Shown here: positions 32,501-46,913 of the stretch, one piece after another
Layout of the letters: each line of letters starts with the position of its first letter
Numbering within the stretch: the stretch's first letter is position 1
From: Fonticula alba ATCC 38817
Lineage: Eukaryota > Protista > Nucleariida
Direction: 5' to 3' (one strand)
Assembly (NCBI GenBank): GCA_000388065.2
Contig: KB932201.1
DNA length: 64,000 bases
Notes under the pieces: generated by a model
The model's input: the letters and a program-made list of their open reading frames with translations, nothing else
What the model was told of the DNA's origin: nothing
Database searches by the model: none
Translations under genes and position numbers: made by a program

Positions 32501-34141
32501 CTGGCGGATTTGCGCCGCATCCAGAGCTCGCTGGAGGGCCGCCCGGCGCCGAGTGAGCCCGGCAGTGGCCTCGCCCGACCGGGCCTCCAGCTCCAACCGA
32601 GCCTCAAGGCGCGTGGCGGCGGCCGACAGTTGAAACAATCGGGCCGCATGCTGGCGCAGCTGCTCCTGGCCAATGCGCTCATCCTCGCGACTGCGCCGGA
32701 GGGCTTCCTCCTGGTCGGCCAGGGTGGCCTGCTGGCTGTCCAGCCGGTGGGCTTGCCCGAGACGGGCTGGCGTCGAGCCGGCAAGGCTCCCGTGTGCGGC
32801 CTGGCGCGCGCGCGAACGCGGGGTCTGATATGCGGCCATGTCACCCGGGCCCAAGCCGGATGCCCCGCCGGCGGCCACACTCAACTCCTGCAAGTGGGCT
32901 TGGCTTTCTTGGAGTTCGCGCGCATAGAGAGCCCGGCTGAGCCCTCGACGACGCGCGTCCAGCCGGTTGAACTCCCGCAAGTCGGCCAATTCCTGGGTCA
33001 GTTCGGCCAGCCGGCCGGCGATTTGCCCGACCGCGTCGTCCACCTGCGCGCGCTGCTCCTGGGTCAGGTCCAACAAGCGCCGAGCGTCGGCCTTCTTCTC
33101 TTCGAAAATCTGCGTCCCGGCAATGCCCTGTAGCAGAGCCAGGCGCTCTTCGTCGCGCTCCTCGGCCACGGAGGAAATCTGCCAGCGGCAAAGTGTCAGC
33201 CTACGAGGGGGCACGCGTGTTCCGGGTGATTGTGTGGCCGCTGGGCCCGATATGTGCGCCGGCGGCATTTTTCAAGGGCACAAGCGAATGGATGGAAAGC
33301 ACTCGGAAGCCGACTGTTCACGCACTCGGCCCTGGGGAACAATGTAGAAGGGATTCGTCTGGGAGAAGCCCACCGATTCGAGCAGGCTCAGGATTTCTTC
33401 CCTCCTAAGTGGCATGAACGAGCCCCGGCATGGAGGGCAACAATGGTGGTCAGACGTGGCACCCATCAGGGAGCCCACAGGCGCAAGAGGGCGCACCGCT
33501 TCGGCTTGTCATCCAGGAAGTACTCCTCCTTGAGCTGGTTGATCGTCCGCCTGAGGGACAGCTCGGGCTTGGGGGTCTAGTGTGACGAGTTAGAAGAAGG
33601 CCAATCCGCTCACCCATCAAGGGAAGTGGCCACACACCGGCAAGCGACCGTCGCGATTGTCCAGAACCAGCTCCACGCTGGCATCCGTGAAGTTGACGCC
33701 GCCGCCGTGGATGTACCGGAGCCGGGTCTGGCGGCTGCCCAAATCCGCGAAGGGGCCATCTCCTAGGACGAAGCGGATGGCTAAAGGGACATCGGGCAAC
33801 AGGCCGAAGGGGGTTAGGAAGGTCTGGGGCCGCCGCGGCGAGGGACCTTGAGAATGGAGCACACGTGCCTTCAAAGAAGTTTGTCTTGCCCGAGCCATTC
33901 TGGCCCACTTAATTTCCGGATGCAAAAGCGGCAGGGAGTCAGAACCAGGGCCGCCATGCTCTTCCGCCTCCCGGCCCCTCTCTTCCCTTTCGCCCGGGAG
34001 CCGAGGGGCCCATTGAGCGCTTCTTTTGAGCATCTCGAGCGTCTGTGCCAGCGTACCGATGGTATTGTATCCACTATCAAAGACCACTGTTTGATCACGA
34101 AAAGTAAGGAAATTCAATATCTTTACCCGCTTGATGAACAT
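29546..34141 (-). CDS. SMC3: Cohesin subunit SMC3, divergent and Ala/Arg-rich; terminal exon(s) not resolved (gap at 29097-29311)
   Basis: MFIKRVKI...VGQNGSGKTNFFE (Walker A), FSQTNPFYIVPQGRV (Q-loop), ERLALLQGIAGTQIFEEKK, hinge AAGGRLHYVVV...VTFAPL...CVTLEGDVISPTGTLTGG, signature [36 protein letters not shown]. All are SMC3-type. Confidence 0.92.
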
Positions 34142-34609
34142 AGTGCCGTGCGAGACCCGAGTCGCATGCCCGTGGTGGCGAAAAATGCAGTGCTCTGGCC
34201 GAGACCCGGGAGGACGGGAGAGATCGATCGAGGGAGAGGGAGAGGGAGAGGGAGAGGGAGAGAGACAGAGAGGACCACACGGGCAAAGCCAGTCTTCTGG
34301 GCGACGACGGACAAATGCGCGTGGGCGTGTGTGTGTGTGTGTGTGTGTGTATCTGTCTGCGCGTGCGAGTGCCTGCTTGTGTGTCTCTGTGTGTCTCTCT
34401 CTCTCTGTGTATGTATGTGTGTGTGTGTGTGTGCGTCCGGATGGGCAGCAAAGAGGAGCGGAGGAGGGAAGAGGGCTGTCTCAACCCTGTGTCCCCTTGG
34501 CGGGCGTGGCCGTTCAACTGAAATACATACTGCTCGAATACCCACCCCCGCGATCCTGCTCGGCACCAGCCAGATCACTGACAAGATCCCACTAACTTGC
34601 CGCGGTACC

Positions 34610-34666
<57 letters not shown>

Positions 34667-35224
34667 GGGAGCCGAGATCTAACTTTTGGCCCCGCCTCGG
34701 GGAAACCCACACCAGAGAGAGGCGGGAGAGTGTGAGTACACAGGCACGATCGAATTCAAATCCCACCGAACTGCCAACCCATCGAGTCATGTGCGCTGAT
34801 GGAACGGCATTCCGAGGTTGGGCGTGATCCGCGCCGCCGAGCGGCCCGAGTGTGTTCCTCCGCGCTCGCTGCCTCTCGTGCTTGATTCTGCGGGTCCCCG
34901 TGTCCTGCGCCCTGGCACTCATCGCGTCTCTTTATCCTTGTCTTTCCCGCTCCCCCCCCCCCCGCCCCCCTGGAGGATGTGCGGGTGTTGTCTGGCCCTG
35001 CCTGCTTGAACCACGGATTGTGGGACCATTTTTCGGCGGAGATCCCAAGAGACTTGTCGCATGGCGGCCGACGTATCGGTGAAAAGCCATCCTCCGTCTT
35101 TCCCCCTACCCCTCATCCCTTTTCATCCTCGCCCCCTTCCCCTTCCCCCCCCCCCTCCTCCTCCTTTTTCTCTCCCTCTCTTTGCTCCCCTGCGCGCCTC
35201 TCGCCCCGCCCGCCCATCGCAATT

Positions 35225-35988
35225 ATGAGCTCGGCCGCGCGCTCGAAGATCCACCCCAAGGATCTGATCAAGACCTGGAAGATCGTCAAGGGCGATCGCG
35301 TGCGTGTCCACCATCGGCCTGGGGCCCATATCTCGCTTACCCATGTTTCTTGCCCTTCCTGACCCTTCTCCTTCCCTCTCCGCTCTCTGGGGTCGACCAC
35401 CGTCAGGTTGCTGTCATGAGCGGCAAGTCTGTCGGCCACATTGGCGAGGTCGTCAATGTTATCCGCAAGCAAAACCGCGTGGTGGTGGCCGGTGCCAACC
35501 TCGTCAAGAAGCACCAGGCCCCGACCGGTACCTCTCGTGGTGGTATCCTCCAGAAGGAGATGCCGATTCATGTCAGCAACGTGTCCCTCCTGGACCCGAA
35601 GGACGGGTGCGTTTCCGCCTCTCGCCCCCCTCCCTCCGCTGCTTTGCTCCCTCATCGCTCCGGCCCATCCATCCCCATGTGCATGCTTGCCCCTCCGCCT
35701 CCTCCCCCTTTGCCGGTCGCTGACCTTATGGCTCTTCCGTCCTGCAGCCAGCCCACCCGTGTTGAGATGAAGTATGTGGTCGAGGGCGATGGCTCCTCCT
35801 TCCGCAAGGTCCGCGTCTCCAAGCGCTCCGGTCTGATCATCGAGAAGCCCCCTCCGTCCTTCATGACCCGCAAGCGCAACCTCGATGGTGCGTGTGGCTT
35901 GCCGGCCACCTCGGCCCCGGCCCCCGAACCCATTGATGACCATCTACTGCCTCCCCCCCCCCCCTACACGCACACGCACACGCACACG

Positions 35989-36027
<39 letters not shown>

Positions 36028-36451
36028 ACACACACACGCTTACCGCCGCTAACCCCCCATTCGCTTGGGATCTTCCCCTGGTCTCCTCCCCGGCCCCCCA
36101 GTTGGCATCAAGGACACCCCGGTCGAGGCCTCCCGTGGTGACTATGAGATTTCCCTCATCCGCAACGCCCCGCTGACTGGTATTCAGCCGACCCACCGCC
36201 CGTGGGTGATGATGCCTCGCCGGATGGTCCTCAGCGAGGACAACCCCCTGCTCGGTGGTGCCGGGCTTGGTAACGAGGCCATCGTCGAGAAGCGCCTTCA
36301 GAAGGCCGAGGCTGCGGCCCTCCGCCGGCAGGCCCTCCTCCATGCTGCGGCCCTGACCACCACCTCCACGCCGTCCGCCGACCCCGTCGACCTGGCCGAC
36401 CCCGCCTCCACCCCCCAGGAGCAGAAGCCGGCCACCGAGAAGCTCGAGTAA
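35225..36451 (+). CDS. MRPL24: Mitochondrial ribosomal protein uL24m, 4 exons, with C-terminal extension
   Basis: WKIVKGDR|VAVMSGKSVGHIGEVVNVIRKQNRVVVAGANLVKKHQ...GGILQKEMPIHVSNVSLLDPKDG|QPTRV...KVRVSKRSGLII is the KOW/L24 signature of bacterial/mitochondrial type. Confidence 0.9.
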
Positions 36452-37170
36452 GCGCCCGGGGAAGCTGTTGCGCTCTCTGTCCATCGGACATTCTTGCGCG
36501 CATCCCTCTCTTCCCTTCCCTGCGCGCCTCAGTTTTTTCCCTGCGCACGCGCGCGCGCGCGCCCCGCGAGCGTGTGCCTTCTCCTTGTGATTTCTCCCCC
36601 TCCTTTTCTCTCTCTCTCTCTCTGCTCGCTTTCTCATTTAACACACATCCAGACAAACAATAAACGCCCCTATAGATCATCCGGCATCGTCTGCCCGCCC
36701 CCCCCCCCTGCCTTTGTTTTGATCTCCTGCAAAAACTGTGTCCGTTCGCGTACACGCTCACACACACTGGGGTCTCGAAGAGGAGTATATTGAGGGGATA
36801 GTGATGCTGGAAGCCCATGGGAAGGAGGCGTGGGGGAGTCTGGGACTCTGCCCTGGCATCTTTGCGAGCTCTCTCTCTCTCTCTCTCTCTCCACAGCGCT
36901 GTCAGGGATGAGCACAGCAGGGGGCGAGGAGAAGACAGGAGCGGAAGGATGGACCGACCTCACAGGAGCATGTGCTCGCATCTGAGCATGGCAGCCAGTG
37001 CCAGGTGTTGAGGGGGGGGAGAGAGGAAGAGAGGGAGGGAGAGAAAGAAAAAGAGAAAGGGAAGGGATACGGAGCACGCGAACTGCCACCACAATGGTGA
37101 CAGGCGTGGAAATGTGAAGAAGCGGGCCAAAAAAAAAAGGGCAGGGTGCTGCTCGCTTGCATGAGCCCTC

Positions 37171-40100
37171 TCAGTTGACGGCGCGGTAATAGCGGTGCTC
37201 ACTCTCGGCGAAGCCCTGGGCCTCGGCCTGGTTGGACCCGAGTGAGGTCGGCAGGATTGGCCGGGACTCCATGAGGGCCGCCTGGGAGGCACCGCCGCGA
37301 GCCTGGTCGGCATCCACCTGGCGGCTGCTGCCGAAGAAGCCCACCACCGCGGCGACGACCGCCGCACCGGCGGCCACACCGCCGACCATCAGAGCCCCGG
37401 CCGCGGCCATGGAGTTCTGCCACAGGGTCTTGTTGTCGGTGTCCCCGCCGGCGGCAGGGGCGTCATCTTCCAGGTCCGGGAAATCACGGTACAGCTCATC
37501 GAGCGGGATCTTGGGATTGCCGATGGGCCCGGGGTTCGGGCCGGGGCCGGGTTCGTCATGGCCAGCACCCCCCTCGGGGAGATGCTCATCCAGACGGGTG
37601 GGGCCCTTGAAGGGCCGGTCGGGAACCGGCTCCGCCGCCAGGTGGTCCTCGGGCAGATGCTCCCGGTCGGCCTCGCCATGCGGCAAGTCTACCCTCAGCT
37701 GGTCGAGCTCACTTCGCTTGAGAAAAGGAGACGGCTTCTGGAAACGGGAAGGCTTGCGCAGGCGGCCGGACCAGGGCCGGTCGGTGGACACGGTGCGCGG
37801 CCGGCCCGACGGGGTGGGCAGCTCGCTCGGGCGCTCGGTCGGATCCTCCGGATGCACGGTGGGGGTGGTGTCGTTGCCATCGCCAGGGCCCGGGCGGATG
37901 GTGGGCTCCAGGGTCGGGTAGCCGACTTCCTCATGCCACTCGCGGTTCGGGCCATCCTCCCGGTGGTCCAGGTCCGGCTGGTGCTCCGGCTCCTCGGCCC
38001 AGCCGGGGAACTTGTGCACCGGCGAGGTGGCCATCGGATACTTGAGGGGGGGAATCTTGGTCGAGGTGGGCACGCAGGATCCCTTGACGCACCACTTGCC
38101 CGAGCCACAGGGGGTACCATCAAGCTGGTAGGTGTGGTTGAGCCAGCAGCTGTCGTTGGCCTTCTTGGAGCAGAACACCTTGCAGATGTAGTTCTTGCCG
38201 TTGCTGCCGAACCAGTTGGGATCGCAGGCCTCGGCCGACTTGCCGAAGGCCATCTTGCACTGCTGCTTGGCATCGTAGCACTTGCCAAAGATCGGGTTAC
38301 AGCTGGACGAAGGCCAGCTACCGGTCTTCTCTGTGCTCGCGCGCGCGCGGAGGGCCCGCCGCGGGCGAGTAGGGGTAGGCAGNNNNNNNNNNNNNNNNNN
38401 NNNNNNNNNNCAGTGACTTGCATGGTCTATGGCCAGGGGTGTGGCCACGCCTCCCTAAAGCCGGGGGGAGGGGGGCGCGATAGACCCAGATTCGGCCAAA
38501 GACCAAGGGTGGGTATGTGGCACGAAAAAGACAAACAACCCAAAACGCACTGTTGTGGCACGACACGCCCCGGAGGTAGCGCTCGATCTGGCTGACTGAG
38601 CAAGTGGAGAAGCGGAAAGGAATCTGCATGCCGGACCCGGTGGACGGGCTCATGATGAACTTGCGCGAGTTGCAAGATCCCGAAGAGCCGGAGCCATCGT
38701 GTCTGCACACGTGGGAACGCAAAGCGGCACCGCGCGGCAACACAAGCCAGGGTGCGAGAATCCCATCAAACCGAACATGACAAGCGCCGGAAGGCGAACA
38801 GGTTAGAACGAGCCACGAAGGGGGGAAACATGCCCGAGCCAAAGGTCAGGCACGGACGCCCACCCCCCGGGGGCATTCCCACTCTCTTGCTCGCCGCACA
38901 GATCGCGGAGAGGGGGGGGGGGGGCGGAGGCGAGAATATCCCGAGTCGACAGTGGAACACGTACGGCGCACTGAGAGTGTGGCCAATTTCATGGGCCACG
39001 GTCACCGCGTCGGAGAAGGACCGACCGATGGAAATGCCGGACGAGTAGGCCGAGCTGCAGGAATTGGACATCCACGCCAGGCCGGCGATCCCACCGCTCC
39101 AGGTCTCCAGGCCGGTCAGGTGGATGGCCACGTCGAAGCCCTTCTTGCCCTTGATGCCCTGCATATAGCGCGACCAGTTGTTGAGGGTGGAGTCGGAACT
39201 GTTGCTGACACTGAAGGGATCGGAGCCGCTGCTGATCATGATCTCCTTGGGCAGGATGTAGATGTTCTGACTGAACCCAGTGCGATACATGGAATCCACG
39301 ACGTAGGCCAGGTTGATCAGGTAGTTGCGCATGTCGTTGGTGCTCTTGCCATGGTGCTTGACCAGCCGGCTGTCCGCGTAGTAGAATGTCTCCACGTAGT
39401 AGGCGGCCCGCTGGGCGCCGGTGTCATCGGGCTCGCCGCGCGTGGTCTTGCGCCGGGCGAGGGAGGCCGCGGCCTCGGCCGCCGCCTCGGCCGCGTCCAG
39501 GTCGTTGGCCGTGCGCTCCGCCGACAGGTTGGCATACTCCCGGCGCGCGGCCGGGGTCATCTCGCTGACCGGGACCTCCAGGATGCGGCCCAGCTCGGCC
39601 AAGCGCCGCATCTCGGCATCCGAGATGATGCTATTGCCATCGGCATCGAGCTGGATGTTGACCGCATGCGCCGAGGAGCTTGGCCGATAGCGCCACTCAT
39701 GATCCTGGGACATGCCACAGGTGGGGGCCTCGGCCAGGCCGTCCGCGCGCCGGCGCTCGGCCATCCGCGCGGCCTTGAACCGCTGGAGATCGCTCATCTT
39801 GTAGACAACATGCTGCTGGGAGACGGACGGGTCCCTGGCGCTGCGGGCGAATAGCTCGTGGTCCGGCCGATCGGCCCGGCTGGTGCCAGCGAAGAAGGTG
39901 TCCGCCGGCTCGATGAAGAACTGCTGCTCCGGGGCATCGCCGACGGTGATGATACCAAACTGCCGGCGGGGACGGGAGGGCGACAGACACCAAGCGAGTC
40001 AACCGGGGAATGGGTCAGAAAGTAGGTCCTTTTGCTTGAGGCGCAGAGGTGTGTGTGTGTGTGTGTGCGTGCGTGTGGGCGTGTGGGCGTGTGGGCGTGT

Positions 40101-40596
40101 GGGCGTGTGGGCGTGTGTGCGTCGCAATGGCGATGGGGCTGGGGACAGGGATGTGTCAAAGGGATGGCAAACGAACCATCTTCCCATCACAGGTAGACAT
40201 CCGGACGTAGGAGTTCTGGACGCCGATGACCCGGCCCTCGTAGTGACAATTCTCCGCGCCGCGAGTTTGCGTCTCGGTGCCATCCTCATTGAGGATGGTC
40301 ACCACAAGGTCCGAAACATCGAAGTCCGGGTTGGCCGTCAGGGCCAGCTTCATCGGCTCCCCGTCGAGCTCGACCTGGACCTCAACTCGATCGCTGTGCA
40401 CACCGAGCCCTCGAGCATTCCGGTACATGACCGTATCCAGGGACGAGGCGGCCATGCGGACGGAATGACTGTCGGTGCCGCGTGCCGCACCCCGCAGAGG
40501 GTACAGCTGCCGGGGAAGCATCATGCGGTGAGGAACCACAGCATCTGGAAACCGGGTAGTGACGCGAGCAAGAGCGCGGGGGGGAGGGGGGGAGAG

Positions 40597-40639
<43 letters not shown>

Positions 40640-40838
40640 TCAGCTAGTGTGCTTTGGCGAGTAGCAGCCAGCCAGTTGGGATCCAGCGAGGCACAGGCGG
40701 GGTGAACATGGGCGTACCACTACGCCGGGCGAATTCGGCATGACTGCCCGACACGGCAAACAGCGACAGGCAGAGCAGGGCCAGAGCGGCCTTGACCGAG
40801 GTAACGCCCCAGCGGGGGAAAGTAGAATTCGAGCACAT
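37171..40838 (-). CDS. Reprolysin (M12B) metalloprotease with ADAMTS-type Cys-rich domain, Pro/acidic stalk and C-terminal TM segment
   Basis: Signal peptide (AALALLCLSLFAVSGSHA); prodomain CHYEGRVIGVQNSYVRMSTCDG with cysteine switch PTCG; zinc motif HEIGHTLSAP|HDG across a phase-2 intron; Met-turn FIMSP; YDAKQQCKMAFG...ICKVFC...DGTPCGSGKWCVKGSCV; TM ALMVGGVAAGAAVVAAVVGFFG. Confidence 0.88.
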
Positions 40839-43533
40839 GTGGGTGACTTTGACAGTGCGGGTGTTTGGGAAGAGGAGAGCGGAAGGACAACGAGGGAGAT
40901 ACGTCAAGGAGGAGGCGACGTCGGGGCGGGGGGCGGGGGGTGTCTGTGTGGATGGGAGCAGCCCAAATCGAGGAGACTGCCGGCTATGACTTGGATGGGT
41001 GTGAGGATCGATCTGCTGAGGGCACTCAACCGGGAAGCTTAAATACCCGGCATGAGGGATCGCAAAGTCAAGGTGCATCTCCCCTTCGGCCCCGGCCGTC
41101 GCCTGGCAGCATCTTACATGCTGTTCCCCCGCGTAATTGTTTGGCTGCCTCATCGTCGCCCCCTCCCCCCCCCTCCCCCACCTCGGGTCACCCTCGCGCG
41201 CCCTCTGCACGCGGTTGTGCGTCGCCCACCCTCCGAGGTCTGGGTGCGCCTCAACCCAGGCGGGCGCGCACCTACCCACCGCCCCGGCCAAGCAGGCAGA
41301 CAGTCAGCCAGGCAGACAGACAAATGAACCCACGCAGGGGAACCCAAGGCCCCTGGTCCGGCTGATGATGGGACACATGGCCTCAAGCCGGTCGATGGGC
41401 CGGCCTTGGCATCGAGGCAGGCAGTCCCACGCGGGGGCTTGACGGAGAGGGCCCGGGCCTCGATGCGCCGGTATGGACCCGGCGTGGCCTGCCTGCCTGC
41501 CCAGCCCATGATCGAACAGAGTTCGGCCCCTCCTAGCCAGTATGAGAAGGTGGCTTCGACCCTGGCCGCGTGGAATCCGCCGGCTACTCCATTGACCAAG
41601 GGCCTTGGAAATCCTCATCGTGCGAGAGGATCCAACAAGGAGCCGGATGAGGGACGAGGCTGGGAAGACACCGACAGAGCCGTCCAACATTCGGAGGAGA
41701 CGGCCAATCTCCCGGGAATTCCTCCCGTCACACATTTTCAGCCCACGATCATTGCGTTTCAATCTTTCCCCAGGAACACCACAGACCTGGAAAGCCAACA
41801 TAGATGGGAGAATCGAAGTGTCAAGCCTGCCCTACTTTGACTCTTCCGGTCTCCTCCTCCGCACCCCTCCCCCCCCTCCCGCACTCCCGCCCACGCCCTC
41901 CATCGCCGCGTCCCAGGAGGGAGCCCCCGGCATTGGAGGGCCGGACGAAGCTCGCCCCCATCCCCCGCGAGCAGGGGTCTCGGTTGGCTGCCCAAAATAA
42001 ACATCCGAGTCAAGACCGGGAATATTAATAACATTGTTCCCAGCGCCCGGGTCAATGGCATCCCCATGCCCGATCCCCACGCCTCCTCGTGGTCTGCGGC
42101 GCAGGCCTTGGTCTCCCGGTTCCCGGCCACTCCATATAGGGCGGCAAAAGGCCCGGCAGAAGGTGGCCAACTCACGGGTGCTTTTGCCCGCTCGATTGTG
42201 GGGTAACACCCTGGTCGCACATCCGTCCAAATCTGCCTTTCCCTGAAAAGTGGTCGCAACTGACGGGCGAGTATCGCCCCGAGTCGCCCTCCCGCCCCAG
42301 GAAGTCCATTCCTGCCGCATGCCCGCCGGTGGATATCCAGCTGCTGCTGGTCTCCCTCACTTTCCACTGGAGGTGGCGCCCGCCACCACATTTCAAGGTG
42401 TAACGAAAGCGCGGTCACACGCGACACCGGGCATCCCACAGTAAACACCGGTCGCTGCGGATTAAAATATGACGATAATTTCGAGTTTAGGGTCGAGGAT
42501 AGTCAACTCGTCGCACGTGATATGTGCCTCGCAGTTGCCAATGAACATGGGAGCTTGCCCTTTGTCCCGCCCTGGTCCGTTGGCTGGGATCCGGCCAGTC
42601 CGGCGGCGGGGCGTGAATGGAATCCTGCACAGGCCGCGAAGCAAACATGGCGCGGGTCCCCGATGGCCCGAACGCCGCCACGCCGTCTCCTCCGAGGAGG
42701 ACACTTTTCCCACCGGCTGCGTGGTACACACGCGAATGATGAAATCCCCGGAGCCCGGCACACGAAAGGCGGCGAGGAGGTCCAACTCTCGCTCCTCCTG
42801 AAGAGAAGATGGTGGTGTCTATGTGTCGGCGACAACGCTGGGGACTTTATTCTTTGGATATTCTTGTTGGGGGGGGGGGTCACACGAGCACGCATGTCCG
42901 TGTTGTAGGGGGAGGGGGGGGGGGACTCTGAGAAGTGGCAGACGCGACAAGCCTTTGGACGAAACGCTGCGCGGCCTCCTCCAAGGGGAGGGGAGGAAAG
43001 ACATGGAGGAAGAGGAATGGGGGTGGCTCAAGGGGAAAGGCAGAGCGCGCACCACCAGGCCTCCGAGAGGGATTTGCTGTAGGCCGGTGATGCGTTTGCC
43101 AAGACGGGATAGGGGGGAGGGCGGCAGGAAGGGGAGGAGAGGAAGGGAGGGGGTGCAGGGCGAGGGGAAAGAAGGGAGGCGTGCCGGAGAGAGGGAAAAG
43201 CGCAGATAGGCATGCACGCGTGCAGGTGCACAGTCACTCAAGGGCACCAGCTCGCACAAACTCCGGTGCGTTTGGAGCTATTCTCTCGGCCTCCCCTCCT
43301 GTGCTCTGCTCGCTTCTTCGCATGTGGCTCCCCCCTCCCCCTTATTCTCGCTCTCTCTTCCTGGCTCTTGTTCCTTCCTTTATCGCGCTGGCCTGCCCGC
43401 GCACTCCCTGGCTCTCTCCCTTTGTGGGTCTGAGGAGGAGGGGGGAGGGAGGGGGGAGGGAGGGGGGAGGGGTGCAGATACAGAGACACACAGACAGCGA
43501 CACGGGCACACACATGCATGCACCTAACCTAAC

Positions 43534-46913
<3,380 letters not shown>

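Noticed and set aside
30716-33133. 805-aa plus-strand ORF, and many other long overlapping ORFs in the track
   Set aside because: These are antisense or off-frame shadows of real GC-rich genes (here SMC3). High GC suppresses stop codons and the translations have no domain signal.
42736-42801. ATGATGA ... CTGA pair resembling a C/D snoRNA
   Set aside because: No terminal stem, no internal D'/C' boxes and no rRNA-complementary guide that I can recognise.
41760-43110. Protein-like patches on the minus strand (EERELDLLAAFRVPGSGDFIIRVCTTQ; FIGNCEAHIT; LGAILARQLRPLFRERQIW)
   Set aside because: I could not join them into a phase-consistent gene or recognise a family. It may be a real small gene, but RNA-seq is needed.
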